Positions 26,167-35,078 of a stretch of 35,407 nt of DNA are shown piece after piece. The stretch is taken from contig DASCQR010000040.1 in NCBI GenBank assembly GCA_036013185.1, forward strand, positions 1-35,407, in the 5' to 3' direction. Origin of the DNA: Nitrosopumilus sp. (GTDB lineage: Archaea > Thermoproteota > Nitrososphaeria > Nitrososphaerales > Nitrosopumilaceae). Below the pieces are notes generated by a model, which did no database searches, had not been told where the DNA came from, and saw nothing but the letters and a program-made list of their open reading frames with translations. The position numbers and the translations under genes are program-made. Positions within the stretch are counted from its first letter, which is position 1; each line of letters begins with the position of its first letter.

Positions 26167-27519
26167 TTATTTTTGATTGAATTGATTTTTTTGTAAATTT
26201 TTCATTTCTTCCTCAAAAAAGAATTTTTCACTAAATACTGGTTTTAAATCATCCAACCAAATTGCATTTTCATCATATTTCGCAAAAAATGGAATATCCA
26301 CCCAATTAGGATTTCTACCTTGCAAAAATCTTAAAACAATAACTTTTTCATCATTTACATTTGCTGTTCCCATTACATGGACTTTTCCAGGAGTTGCAGA
26401 CATACTTGGTCCACGAACTGTTCTAGCTAGTCCACTAACTGAAGAATATGCTTTTTTGTAAATTTCATGTGCCTTAATTAAAGAAATTCCAAAATAATGT
26501 TGAGCACCTGTATCCCTAACTACAAACATGTAATACGGAATACATCCTAATTCAACTTGTTTTGTCCACATCTTAGCCCACATTTCTGGATCATCATTGA
26601 TATGTGTTAAAAGAGGTGATTGAGTTCTAATTTGAGCACCTGTTTTTCTCACTTCAATTATTGCGTCTTTAACAGCATTTGTTGATAATTCATTTAGATG
26701 ATTGAAATGAGCCATAAATGCAAGGTGCAATCCACTATCAGTAATTTTCTTAAAAACTTGTAGCATTTCTTGAGAATCAGAATCTGTTAAAAATTTGTAA
26801 GGCCAATATGCGAGAACTTTTGTTCCAATTCTTATAGTTTTTAGATTTGGAAGATTTGCTGCAATTAATGTATCAATATATTTTGAAAAGATTTTTGCTT
26901 TCATAATCATTGGATCACCTCCAGTAAACAAAATATCTGTAATTTCAGGATGTTCTCGAATATATTGAACAAGTTGCTCACCTTCTTGCATTGCAAATTT
27001 CATTTCATCCATTCCAACAAATTGAGGCCATCTAAAACAAAAGCTACAATATGCATGACATGTTTGACTTTGACTAGGGAAAAAAAGACAAGTTTCTTTG
27101 TATTTGTGTTGCATTCCATATAATTTGGTTCCATCTTTTAATGTTGGAACATTTAATTCCACTTGACCAGCAGGATGAGGATTTAATTGTAAACGAATTT
27201 CATTCGCAAGATTCACTATTTCTTTTCTATCAATATTATTTTTTAATGCAGTAGCCATTTTTTCATAATGTTCAGGTTTTAACATTCCTCTTTGAGGAAA
27301 TGTTAAAACAAAGATTGGATCATTTGGAATATTATTCCAATCAATCAATTGTTCAATAACATAGTTATTGACTTTAAATGGTAAAACATTTCCTACAACT
27401 TCCATTTCAAATTGTTTTTCTTCAGACAATTGCTGGATTTGAGGAAGTTGACGAAAATTAGATAATGAATATGATTTCAAAGATGGTGATTCATCCCAAA
27501 TAGATTTTTGATAGGTCAT
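26167..27519 (-). CDS. KamA-family radical SAM 2,3-aminomutase (substrate uncertain)
   Basis: HKY, CHAYCSFCFR (CxxxCxxC), FTGGDP, IRIGTK, HFNH..E, IPYY and PGK (putative PLP Lys). Confidence 0.88.
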   Translation of the reverse strand: MTYQKSIWDESPSLKSYSLSNFRQLPQIQQLSEEKQFEMEVVGNVLPFKVNNYVIEQLIDWNNIPNDPIFVLTFPQRGMLKPEHYEKMATALKNNIDRKEIVNLANEIRLQLNPHPAGQVELNVPTLKDGTKLYGMQHKYKETCLFFPSQSQTCHAYCSFCFRWPQFVGMDEMKFAMQEGEQLVQYIREHPEITDILFTGGDPMIMKAKIFSKYIDTLIAANLPNLKTIRIGTKVLAYWPYKFLTDSDSQEMLQVFKKITDSGLHLAFMAHFNHLNELSTNAVKDAIIEVRKTGAQIRTQSPLLTHINDDPEMWAKMWTKQVELGCIPYYMFVVRDTGAQHYFGISLIKAHEIYKKAYSSVSGLARTVRGPSMSATPGKVHVMGTANVNDEKVIVLRFLQGRNPNWVDIPFFAKYDENAIWLDDLKPVFSEKFFFEEEMKNLQKNQFNQK

Positions 27520-27655
27520 TTAGAAATTAGTCCTATAACCCTTGTTAAATGTTGCAGCGCTTTTAGGCACAAAATACTCACAAGATTCTTTTTCTAAAAT
27601 TATTAAAATGGCTTAACATTTTATTCTAGAAAAGAAAACAAAAGAAAAGAGAATT

Positions 27656-29389
27656 ATGAGCGAAGGAGATATTTCACAAATTTCAGCAGGAGAATTTGAA
27701 ACAGTATCACAATTATTAGCTTCATCAGAGTCACTACAATTAGCTTTCATCATAATGATAGTAGGAATTATGATTATAGCTGCTGCATATAGAACATTTT
27801 CATCATTAATTAAATCAAAAAAAATATTTTACACTAGACCACATTTATCAAAATTTGTCCAAAATGCAGTATTGCCGTTTTTTGCAATTGCATTAATTTC
27901 ATCAACTAATGCATATATTCAAACTTCAGAATTATTTGAAGAAGAAACAAGTATTTCTACAATTGAATTAACAGTAGAAGAAACTTTTGCAAAAATTCTC
28001 AATACTTTTAATATTTTAGTAATTGGATATACAATTTCTCATTTAATACCAATAATGTTAACAAAACGAGACAAATCAATTCTGGAAAGACAAGATTTTG
28101 AAGTGTGGTATGAGATGCAAGGCTTTCCAGATGATGATAATCTTTTTCATAAATTATACAAATGGATTCCTCCTACAATTACACCCGAAGAATTTACTGA
28201 TGATGAATTCAAAAATCTATGTAAAACTAAAGAAGGAATTATTCAATTAGAACAATATAGAACATCAAAAGGTAATCCTATTGGAAGTTATGAAAAGTTA
28301 GTTAGTAATCCTTTTGAAAAGTGGAAAAAGTTTGAAAGGAAAAAATATTTGAAATATTTCAATAATTGTGTAACAGGAAATAATCAATCAGGGAGAAAAT
28401 TAAAACCAGGAACAAAACCAGATGAGATTTTTCCAATTGATGTTTGGAGAGAGGAAAAAAGAATTAATAGTTTTGAACCAATAATTCCAAGTTCTCGACC
28501 AGTAGGATATGCACGTAAAAAAAGAGAAGGCATACCAAAATCGTTTAAACAGATTTTACCTATTGGAATTTTTGTAGCAACAATTCTTGGAGTAATTTCA
28601 TGGTGGGGAGTGGATTTGTTTGTGTTAGCTACTGCAACTGGAGGTTTTGCAATCGGAATTGGTTTAGCCTTACAAGAAACCATGCAAAATTACTTTGCTT
28701 ATTTAATGATTAGAAAAGACAATATTTTCAAAGAAGGTGAAAGAGTACAATTAGAATCAGGATATAATGGGTATGTTCATAAAATTACTCCTAGAGTTAC
28801 CTATGTTAGAGATGGATTACATGAATCTGTAGCAATCATTCCTACTAGACAGTTAGTAACAGCACAAATTATCAATTATACAAAAGAAAACAAACTTGTT
28901 CCAGCAGTAGTAACTATTGGAGTTTCATATCTAAATGATCCAAAACAAGTTGCAGCAATTTTAGTAAAAATTGGAAAACGGGGAATGAAAGAAATTAAAG
29001 ATGGTAAAGGGAAACATCTAGTTAGACAAAATAGATGTCCGTATTTAGATGAAAATAAATCTAGTTGTGGATGTGATAAAGACTTGCATGTAGATATTTC
29101 ACAACCAGTTGTAAGATTTAATCAATTCAATGATTCTGCATTAGATTTCTCAATGTGGTTATATGTCAAAGATTATGGATCACAATTTAAGACAAAAACA
29201 GATCTAAGAATGATAATGTATGAAGAATTTAAAGAATATGATATTAGAATTCCATGGCCAATCAGAACTGTGTATCAAGGGGATGAAAAGAGAGAGCAAA
29301 ATGAAATTGATGAGAAAGATGAATTTAGAAATAAAGTAATTGATGAATATGGATTAGGTGACCTTGGTCGTGGTGAAGGCGATGAATAA
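27656..29389 (+). CDS. MscS-family mechanosensitive channel with large insertions
   Basis: GIGLALQETMQNYFA TM3, F.EGERV, IPT..L....I.NY, GVSY..D, F.DSALDF and I.IPWP motifs. Confidence 0.9.
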   Translation: MSEGDISQISAGEFETVSQLLASSESLQLAFIIMIVGIMIIAAAYRTFSSLIKSKKIFYTRPHLSKFVQNAVLPFFAIALISSTNAYIQTSELFEEETSISTIELTVEETFAKILNTFNILVIGYTISHLIPIMLTKRDKSILERQDFEVWYEMQGFPDDDNLFHKLYKWIPPTITPEEFTDDEFKNLCKTKEGIIQLEQYRTSKGNPIGSYEKLVSNPFEKWKKFERKKYLKYFNNCVTGNNQSGRKLKPGTKPDEIFPIDVWREEKRINSFEPIIPSSRPVGYARKKREGIPKSFKQILPIGIFVATILGVISWWGVDLFVLATATGGFAIGIGLALQETMQNYFAYLMIRKDNIFKEGERVQLESGYNGYVHKITPRVTYVRDGLHESVAIIPTRQLVTAQIINYTKENKLVPAVVTIGVSYLNDPKQVAAILVKIGKRGMKEIKDGKGKHLVRQNRCPYLDENKSSCGCDKDLHVDISQPVVRFNQFNDSALDFSMWLYVKDYGSQFKTKTDLRMIMYEEFKEYDIRIPWPIRTVYQGDEKREQNEIDEKDEFRNKVIDEYGLGDLGRGEGDE

Positions 29390-29433
29390 AAAAATTCTCA
29401 AAACTTAAGAATCCCTTAAATTATATTTTCTTA

Positions 29434-30312
29434 TTGAGTAAATTATCTGTTATTTCAGGAAAATCTTCTGAAAAATTAGCAAAAGAACTATCTAAGAAGA
29501 TAAAGGCAAATTTTGTGAAATCAGAAATTAAAGTTTTTCCTGATGGTGAAAGTAAAATTACATTAATTGGAAAAATATCAAAAAAGAAATCTGTTGTTGT
29601 ACAATCAGTTTATCCACCAGTGGATACTAATTTGATTCAAATATTTTCATTAATTGCTAAAGCAAAAGAAAATTCATCTGAAGTAGATGTTGTAATTCCA
29701 TACATGGGTTATGCAAGACAAGATAGAGAATTTTTACCTGGGGAAATTGTAACAATGAAAGTACTTGGAAAACTATTCAAGGGTGCAGGTGCATCAAAAA
29801 TAATTGTAGTTGATATCCATAGTCTAATTGGATTGAAGCATTTCCCTATCAAAACAAAAAATGTGACTGCAATTCCGGATCTTGTAAATTATTTTAAAAA
29901 ATTGAGCCTAAAGAACCCTTTAGTTGTATCACCAGACCAAGGTGGAAAAGAAAGAGCAAGAGAATTTGCAAGAGAATTTAATTCAGATTATATCGCTTTA
30001 GAGAAAATAAGAAATAGAAAAACAGGTAAAGTAAAAATTAAAACAAAAAACTTAGATGAAGTTAAAAATAGAGATTTAGTTTTAGTTGATGATATGATAA
30101 GTACTGGTGGCAGCATAATCAAAGCTACACAATTTCTTAAAAAACAAAAATGTAAAAGAATCTATGTTGCATGCACACATGCACTATTAATGAATAATGC
30201 AGAAAAGAAAATTAGAGAAGCTGGTGTGACAAAAATCATTAGTACAAATACAATTCCAGGAAAAACATCAAAAGTAGATATTTCAAAAACTATTGCAAAG
30301 GCAATAATGTAA
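29434..30312 (+). CDS. prs: Ribose-phosphate pyrophosphokinase
   Basis: FPDGE, PYMGYARQD, DIH, SPDQGG and VDDMISTGGS motifs. Confidence 0.96.
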   Translation: MSKLSVISGKSSEKLAKELSKKIKANFVKSEIKVFPDGESKITLIGKISKKKSVVVQSVYPPVDTNLIQIFSLIAKAKENSSEVDVVIPYMGYARQDREFLPGEIVTMKVLGKLFKGAGASKIIVVDIHSLIGLKHFPIKTKNVTAIPDLVNYFKKLSLKNPLVVSPDQGGKERAREFAREFNSDYIALEKIRNRKTGKVKIKTKNLDEVKNRDLVLVDDMISTGGSIIKATQFLKKQKCKRIYVACTHALLMNNAEKKIREAGVTKIISTNTIPGKTSKVDISKTIAKAIM

Positions 30313-31259
30313 TGCCAGAAAGTTTTTTCATTTTATCAAAGGATTATTTAGAACTAGCAATTGATGAAGTCATTTCAATTGTAAAAATGTATGATCGATT
30401 TGCTAAAATAAAAATTAATTCAAATTTGATCATAATTCAATCAAAAACAAATTGGAAAAAAATTATAGAACGTACAACATTTGTAAGAACTTCTGGACAG
30501 ATATTAAGAAAAATGTCAGGTTTATTTTTAGATGAAGAAAATTTCCAAGTTTTGAAAAACACAAAAAGTTTTGTGTGTAGAGTAGTTAATTTATCATCAA
30601 ATCAATTGAACGTATTAGAATTAGAAAGTTCAATGGGAGATATGATATCTAAATTCACACATGCTAAAGTAGATTTAGAAAATCCAGATATTACAATATA
30701 TTTGATATTTACAGAAAAAGAAAATTTTTTTGGGTTTTCGGAAAAAAATGAAATAAGAAAATATCCTAAGAAGAAAAGAAAATATCCTCATGAATTAGAT
30801 TGGAAATTAACGAGAGTAATGATTAATTTATTAGGATTAAAAAAAGGTCAAACTCTGTGTGATCCATTTTGTGGTACAGGCACAACATTACTTGAATCTG
30901 AATCTATGGGAATCAATGCAATTGGAATAGATTTTGATGAAAAAATGTATAATATGACAAAAGAAAATCTTGAACTAAATAATTATAAATCAAAAATTTT
31001 AAAATCTGATTTTCAAGAATTAGTTAAAATTTCAGATAATTATGATGGAATTGTAACTGATTTACCATATGGAAAATCTTCAAAAACATCAGAAAAACCT
31101 GAAGAAATTTTGAAAAGATTCATCTCAATTGTGCCTAAAAATAAAAAAATTGCCATAATGTTCAAAAAAGAATTAGATCCTAAAATGAAATTAAAAGGAT
31201 TAAAAAAATATCAAATCTATAGGCATAAAAGTCTCACACGAACTATTTTGATTAAATGA
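30312..31259 (+). CDS. THUMP-domain tRNA methyltransferase (Trm11/TrmG10-like)
   Basis: VDLENPD THUMP, DPFCGTGT SAM motif, DLPYG, HKSLTR; TAATG overlap with prs. Confidence 0.82.
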   Translation: MPESFFILSKDYLELAIDEVISIVKMYDRFAKIKINSNLIIIQSKTNWKKIIERTTFVRTSGQILRKMSGLFLDEENFQVLKNTKSFVCRVVNLSSNQLNVLELESSMGDMISKFTHAKVDLENPDITIYLIFTEKENFFGFSEKNEIRKYPKKKRKYPHELDWKLTRVMINLLGLKKGQTLCDPFCGTGTTLLESESMGINAIGIDFDEKMYNMTKENLELNNYKSKILKSDFQELVKISDNYDGIVTDLPYGKSSKTSEKPEEILKRFISIVPKNKKIAIMFKKELDPKMKLKGLKKYQIYRHKSLTRTILIK

Positions 31260-32155
31260 AATTAGTATTTTTAGGAACATCAGCTGCACAGCCAACTGAA
31301 AAAAGAGGATTATCTTGTATATGTTTAGAAAAAGACGGTGAAATTCTAATGTTTGATGCAGGTGAATCTGCACAGATTTCATATATGAAATCGGGTTTAG
31401 GATGGAATAAAAAAATGAAATTATTTGTGACGCATCTTCATGGAGATCATTGTGTAGGGATTCTAGGACTATTACAAACAATGTCAATGCAAAATAGAAC
31501 AGAATCTTTAGAAATTTTTGGTCCTAAAGGAATTGATGAATTTCTCGCATCTAATATTAAAATATTAAATTTTGGATTATCATTTTCAATTTTAATTACA
31601 ATTGTAAATGAAGGAACAATCTATGAAAATAATAAATTTTTTATTCATGCAACAAAAGCAAATCATTCAATTACTGCATTTTCATATTTATTTGAAGAGA
31701 AAGACAAACCAGGAAGATTCAATGTTGAAAAAGCAAAGGAATTAGGCATACCAGAAGGTGAATTATGGAATAAATTACAAAATGGTCTAGATATTATTAA
31801 TAATGAAAAAATTATTAAACCTGAACAAGTATTAGGTGAAAAACGTCCAGGTAAAAAAATAGGAATTTCAGGAGACACAATGCCTACAAAAGAATTGGAA
31901 GTATTTTTTAAAGAATGTGATTATTTAGTTTTTGATTCTACATTTCTTGATGTAGAAAAACAAAAAGCACAAGATACATGTCATTCAACAGCAAAACAAG
32001 CTGCTGAATTAGGAAAAAATGCAAATGTAAAAAATTTAATTTTAACACATTTTTCTGCAAGATATAAAGATGAGATTGGACATAAAACTGAAGCAGAACA
32101 AATTCATAATTCAGTAATTACTGCAAAAGATCTTTTAGAAATAGAAATTAATTAA
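31256..32155 (+). CDS. rnz: Ribonuclease Z
   Basis: LGTSA..PT..R, THLHGDH, exosite, SGDT, HST and HFSARY motifs; ATGA overlap with upstream gene. Confidence 0.95.
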   Translation: MKLVFLGTSAAQPTEKRGLSCICLEKDGEILMFDAGESAQISYMKSGLGWNKKMKLFVTHLHGDHCVGILGLLQTMSMQNRTESLEIFGPKGIDEFLASNIKILNFGLSFSILITIVNEGTIYENNKFFIHATKANHSITAFSYLFEEKDKPGRFNVEKAKELGIPEGELWNKLQNGLDIINNEKIIKPEQVLGEKRPGKKIGISGDTMPTKELEVFFKECDYLVFDSTFLDVEKQKAQDTCHSTAKQAAELGKNANVKNLILTHFSARYKDEIGHKTEAEQIHNSVITAKDLLEIEIN

Positions 32156-32618
32156 TTTTAAAGATATTTTTTATAAAACTAAATGGATCAAATTCAGATA
32201 CTTCATTTATAAGAATCTCTTTAGAAGATTCACTTGAATCTATAATTTGAGTTTTGATATTATCTCCAGTTTCTGTAATTCCTTCAGAAATTTTTTCGTT
32301 AACATTTTCAACTAATTTATCTCCAGTTTCTGTAATTCCTTCAGAAATTTTTTCGTTAACATTTTCAACTAATTTATCTCCAGTTTCTGTAATTCCTTCA
32401 TAAACACTATCACTAATACTCTGAATAGTTTTATCGATAGATGTATCTAAACGATTTTCAGCAGAATTTGTTACTTTTTCATTTAAACCATTAATGTCAT
32501 CTTTTAATGAATCAGCCAACAATGCGGAAGTATTAGGAAATAATGTAATAATTTCTGTAGAAAACATCATACCGCCTAAAACCAAAATAGCCCCAATTAT
32601 GCCTAATTTTATTAACAT
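32148..32618 (-). CDS. Membrane-anchored helical protein with 19-aa tandem repeats
   Basis: N-terminal TM; EGITETGDKLVENVNEKIS repeated about 2.5 times. Confidence 0.75.
   Translation of the reverse strand: MLIKLGIIGAILVLGGMMFSTEIITLFPNTSALLADSLKDDINGLNEKVTNSAENRLDTSIDKTIQSISDSVYEGITETGDKLVENVNEKISEGITETGDKLVENVNEKISEGITETGDNIKTQIIDSSESSKEILINEVSEFDPFSFIKNIFKIN
32260..32400. repeat. Perfect 57-bp tandem repeat, about 2.5 copies (coding VNTR)
   Basis: CTCCAGTTTCTGTAATTCCTTCA recurs at 32264, 32321 and 32378; no mismatch over 141 bp. Confidence 0.95.
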
Positions 32619-32701
32619 TTCATATATTCTTCAAAAATAGATTTTAAATTCGAACTAAAAAAAATAATCAAAAATGAGTTAATTTTCTTAACTAATTTCA
32701 C

Positions 32702-33097
32702 TTAATCAAAAACTACCCAATCAATAATTGCATCAATATCAGGTGATGTCAAAGTAACTTTAATTGGTCCCAATGGAGATTCATTTGATTCTTCACATAT
32801 TGCTATTTGTTCAACAAATGCTGCTTGTTTATTTAGATAAAACCATGTTGAGTTGTCTTGTAAATTATCTTCTAATGAACGTAAATAATTTTTTTGTAAA
32901 TTATTATTATGAATAAACTGATAGATTTTTTCTAATGATCTTAATTCTTTAGATTGTGCATTAATTGAAAAATTATTATTGTTTAATATTGAATAAGGAA
33001 AAATATTAGATATTGCTTGTTCAATTTTTTCTATAGATTCAGAAGGATTTATTGTACAAAACATTTCTATTTTGCATCTAAGATTTGGGATATTCAT
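32702..33097 (-). CDS. DUF54/UPF0201 putative RNA-binding protein
   Basis: INPSE..EK...AI.NIF, LNKQAAFV and ESPLGPI motifs. Confidence 0.85.
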   Translation of the reverse strand: MNIPNLRCKIEMFCTINPSESIEKIEQAISNIFPYSILNNNNFSINAQSKELRSLEKIYQFIHNNNLQKNYLRSLEDNLQDNSTWFYLNKQAAFVEQIAICEESNESPLGPIKVTLTSPDIDAIIDWVVFD

Positions 33098-33645
33098 TTA
33101 ATCCATCTTTGAATTATTTCATACGATTTTTTTAGTAATTCATCTTTTGTCAAACCAATATTAGATATTGCATAATCAGATAATGCAATAGAATTGCTAA
33201 TACCGATACCTAATTCACGATTATCTCTTTCGTTGAAATGTTCTTTTGTTTGTGGATCATCAGATCTTCCTCGTTTTTGTAAGAAATCAAATCGTGTATC
33301 TGTAGATGCATGAATTGCTAATAATTTTACGGTTCCAAATTTTTTAAGAACTTGTATTTCATCATTTGATCTAACTCCATCAATTAACAATACATTTGCA
33401 CTAGAACATTCTATTTGTAATTTAACTAATTCAGCTATTGCACCAGGTCCATTCTTTTCTCTAAGTTCTAACATTAATTTTCCAAGATTTTCTCTACTAG
33501 CTTCTAAATTTCTTTTTTTAGCCTCATTTCTTACTGCATTTCCTAAATTAATAATTGCATAACCTTTAGATTTCAAACCTTCGGCAATGGTAGATTTACC
33601 AGCACCAGGCATGCCTGTTAAACATACAAGTAATTTACTCAACAT
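33094..33645 (-). CDS. UPF0200 P-loop kinase (dephospho-CoA kinase-like)
   Basis: TGMPGAGKST, IDGVRS..E, RGRSDD and RD.RELG.G motifs; coupled to the DUF54 gene. Confidence 0.85.
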   Translation of the reverse strand: MLSKLLVCLTGMPGAGKSTIAEGLKSKGYAIINLGNAVRNEAKKRNLEASRENLGKLMLELREKNGPGAIAELVKLQIECSSANVLLIDGVRSNDEIQVLKKFGTVKLLAIHASTDTRFDFLQKRGRSDDPQTKEHFNERDNRELGIGISNSIALSDYAISNIGLTKDELLKKSYEIIQRWIK

Positions 33646-33728
33646 ATATCAAAAAAAATACTCGTCTATGAAGTTAACTGTTGGATAATATGTAAAAATA
33701 ATGAAATTAATATAAAATCAATAAAAAA

Positions 33729-35078
33729 ATGATTAGTGGTAAAAAAATGAAACAAGTAATTTCTAAAATTGCAAAAACAACAATTCCATCTAAAATAAAT
33801 CAAAAATCAAAAAAAGAAATTGCCGTTAAAGTATACAAATTAGTTGAAAAAGAAATTCAAAAATATTCTGAAATAGTAGAATTAGAATTTGGGGGCTCAT
33901 ATGCAAAAGATACATGGTTATCAAAAAATGCCGATATTGATATTTTTATTAAATTTAAAAAAAATATTTCTGAAGAAAAATTAGAAAATATTTCAAAGAA
34001 AATAGGTTTTGAATCACTAAAAAAATATTCTCCATATGTTAGATATTCTCAACATCCTTATGTTGAGGCTAAAATCAAAGATACAAAAATCAATATTGTA
34101 CCATGTTATGATGTGAAAATTGGTGAATGGAAAAGTGCTGCAGATAGATCACCATTTCATACTAAATTTATGAAAAAATCATTAACAGTAAAAATGAGAA
34201 ATGAAGTTAGGATTTTAAAGACATTTTTAAAATCAAATAAAATTTATGGTGCAGAAATTGCAAAGCAAGGTTTTAGTGGATATATTTCAGAAGTTTTAAT
34301 TTTAGAATTTGGAAGTTTTGAAAATTTAATAAAATCCATGACAAAAATTAAGGAAAAACAAATTATTGGAAAAACAACAAAATCTTTTGATACATCAATA
34401 GTTGTAATTGATCCAATTGATAGTAATAGAAATTTAGCTGCTGCAATTTCAAATGAAAACATTGGAAAATTTATTCTTAGTTGTAGGGCATTAAAAAATA
34501 AACCAAGTTTAGAATTTTTTAGAAATAAAAAATCAAAAATATCAAATAAATTTTGGAATAATTTGCTTATAGTAAAATTCGAATTCAAAACTAGAAGTCC
34601 AGATATTATTTGGGGACAAATTAAAAGAGCAACATCAACATTGTCAACACAATTAGAATTAGGAGGATTCACTGTACTTAGAAGTAAATCATATACAGAT
34701 CAACAAAAAGAAGCATATCTGATATTCTTTTTAGAGTCTACAGTCATCAATGAAATATATCAAAAGAAAGGACCAGAATTTTTTAGAAAAGATAGTTCAC
34801 ATAGTTTCATTTCTAAAAATCTTAAAGATAGTGAATTAGTTTGGATTGGAAATAATACAAAAATAATTTCATTAGAAAAAAGAAAAAATATAGATGCTGA
34901 AAAATTCATGAAAGAATTTTTGAAAAAAAATCTTGAAGTAGGCATACCAAAAGGTCTACAAAGTGATTTTAAACGAGGTTTTAAGGTATTTTTAGGAAAT
35001 AAAACTCTAAGTAAATCAATTAAAGAGGAGATATCTGAAGTGATCTCAGTAGATGGCACATTCCTTCATTTCAATTAA
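33729..35078 (+). CDS. cca: CCA-adding enzyme (archaeal class I)
   Basis: GSYAKDTWL...DIDIF, HPYV, SAADRSPFH, YGAEI...GFSGY and DPID..RN motifs; start may be ATG 33747. Confidence 0.95.
   Translation: MISGKKMKQVISKIAKTTIPSKINQKSKKEIAVKVYKLVEKEIQKYSEIVELEFGGSYAKDTWLSKNADIDIFIKFKKNISEEKLENISKKIGFESLKKYSPYVRYSQHPYVEAKIKDTKINIVPCYDVKIGEWKSAADRSPFHTKFMKKSLTVKMRNEVRILKTFLKSNKIYGAEIAKQGFSGYISEVLILEFGSFENLIKSMTKIKEKQIIGKTTKSFDTSIVVIDPIDSNRNLAAAISNENIGKFILSCRALKNKPSLEFFRNKKSKISNKFWNNLLIVKFEFKTRSPDIIWGQIKRATSTLSTQLELGGFTVLRSKSYTDQQKEAYLIFFLESTVINEIYQKKGPEFFRKDSSHSFISKNLKDSELVWIGNNTKIISLEKRKNIDAEKFMKEFLKKNLEVGIPKGLQSDFKRGFKVFLGNKTLSKSIKEEISEVISVDGTFLHFN

Noticed and set aside
32260-32400. Possible CRISPR array
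   Set aside because: The units are fully identical with no unique spacers, lie in frame inside a CDS, and no cas genes are present.
1845-35059. Shadow ORFs in the track (1845-2165, 6134-6319, 6192-6620, 6726-6944, 6954-7175, 8797-9048, 9140-9388, 14563-14829, 15861-16085, 17513-17803, 22326-22529, 22427-22639, 28384-28683, 31200-31487, 31663-31878, 34244-34672, 34760-35059)
   Set aside because: Each lies antisense to or out of frame within a well-supported gene and shows no recognisable motif.
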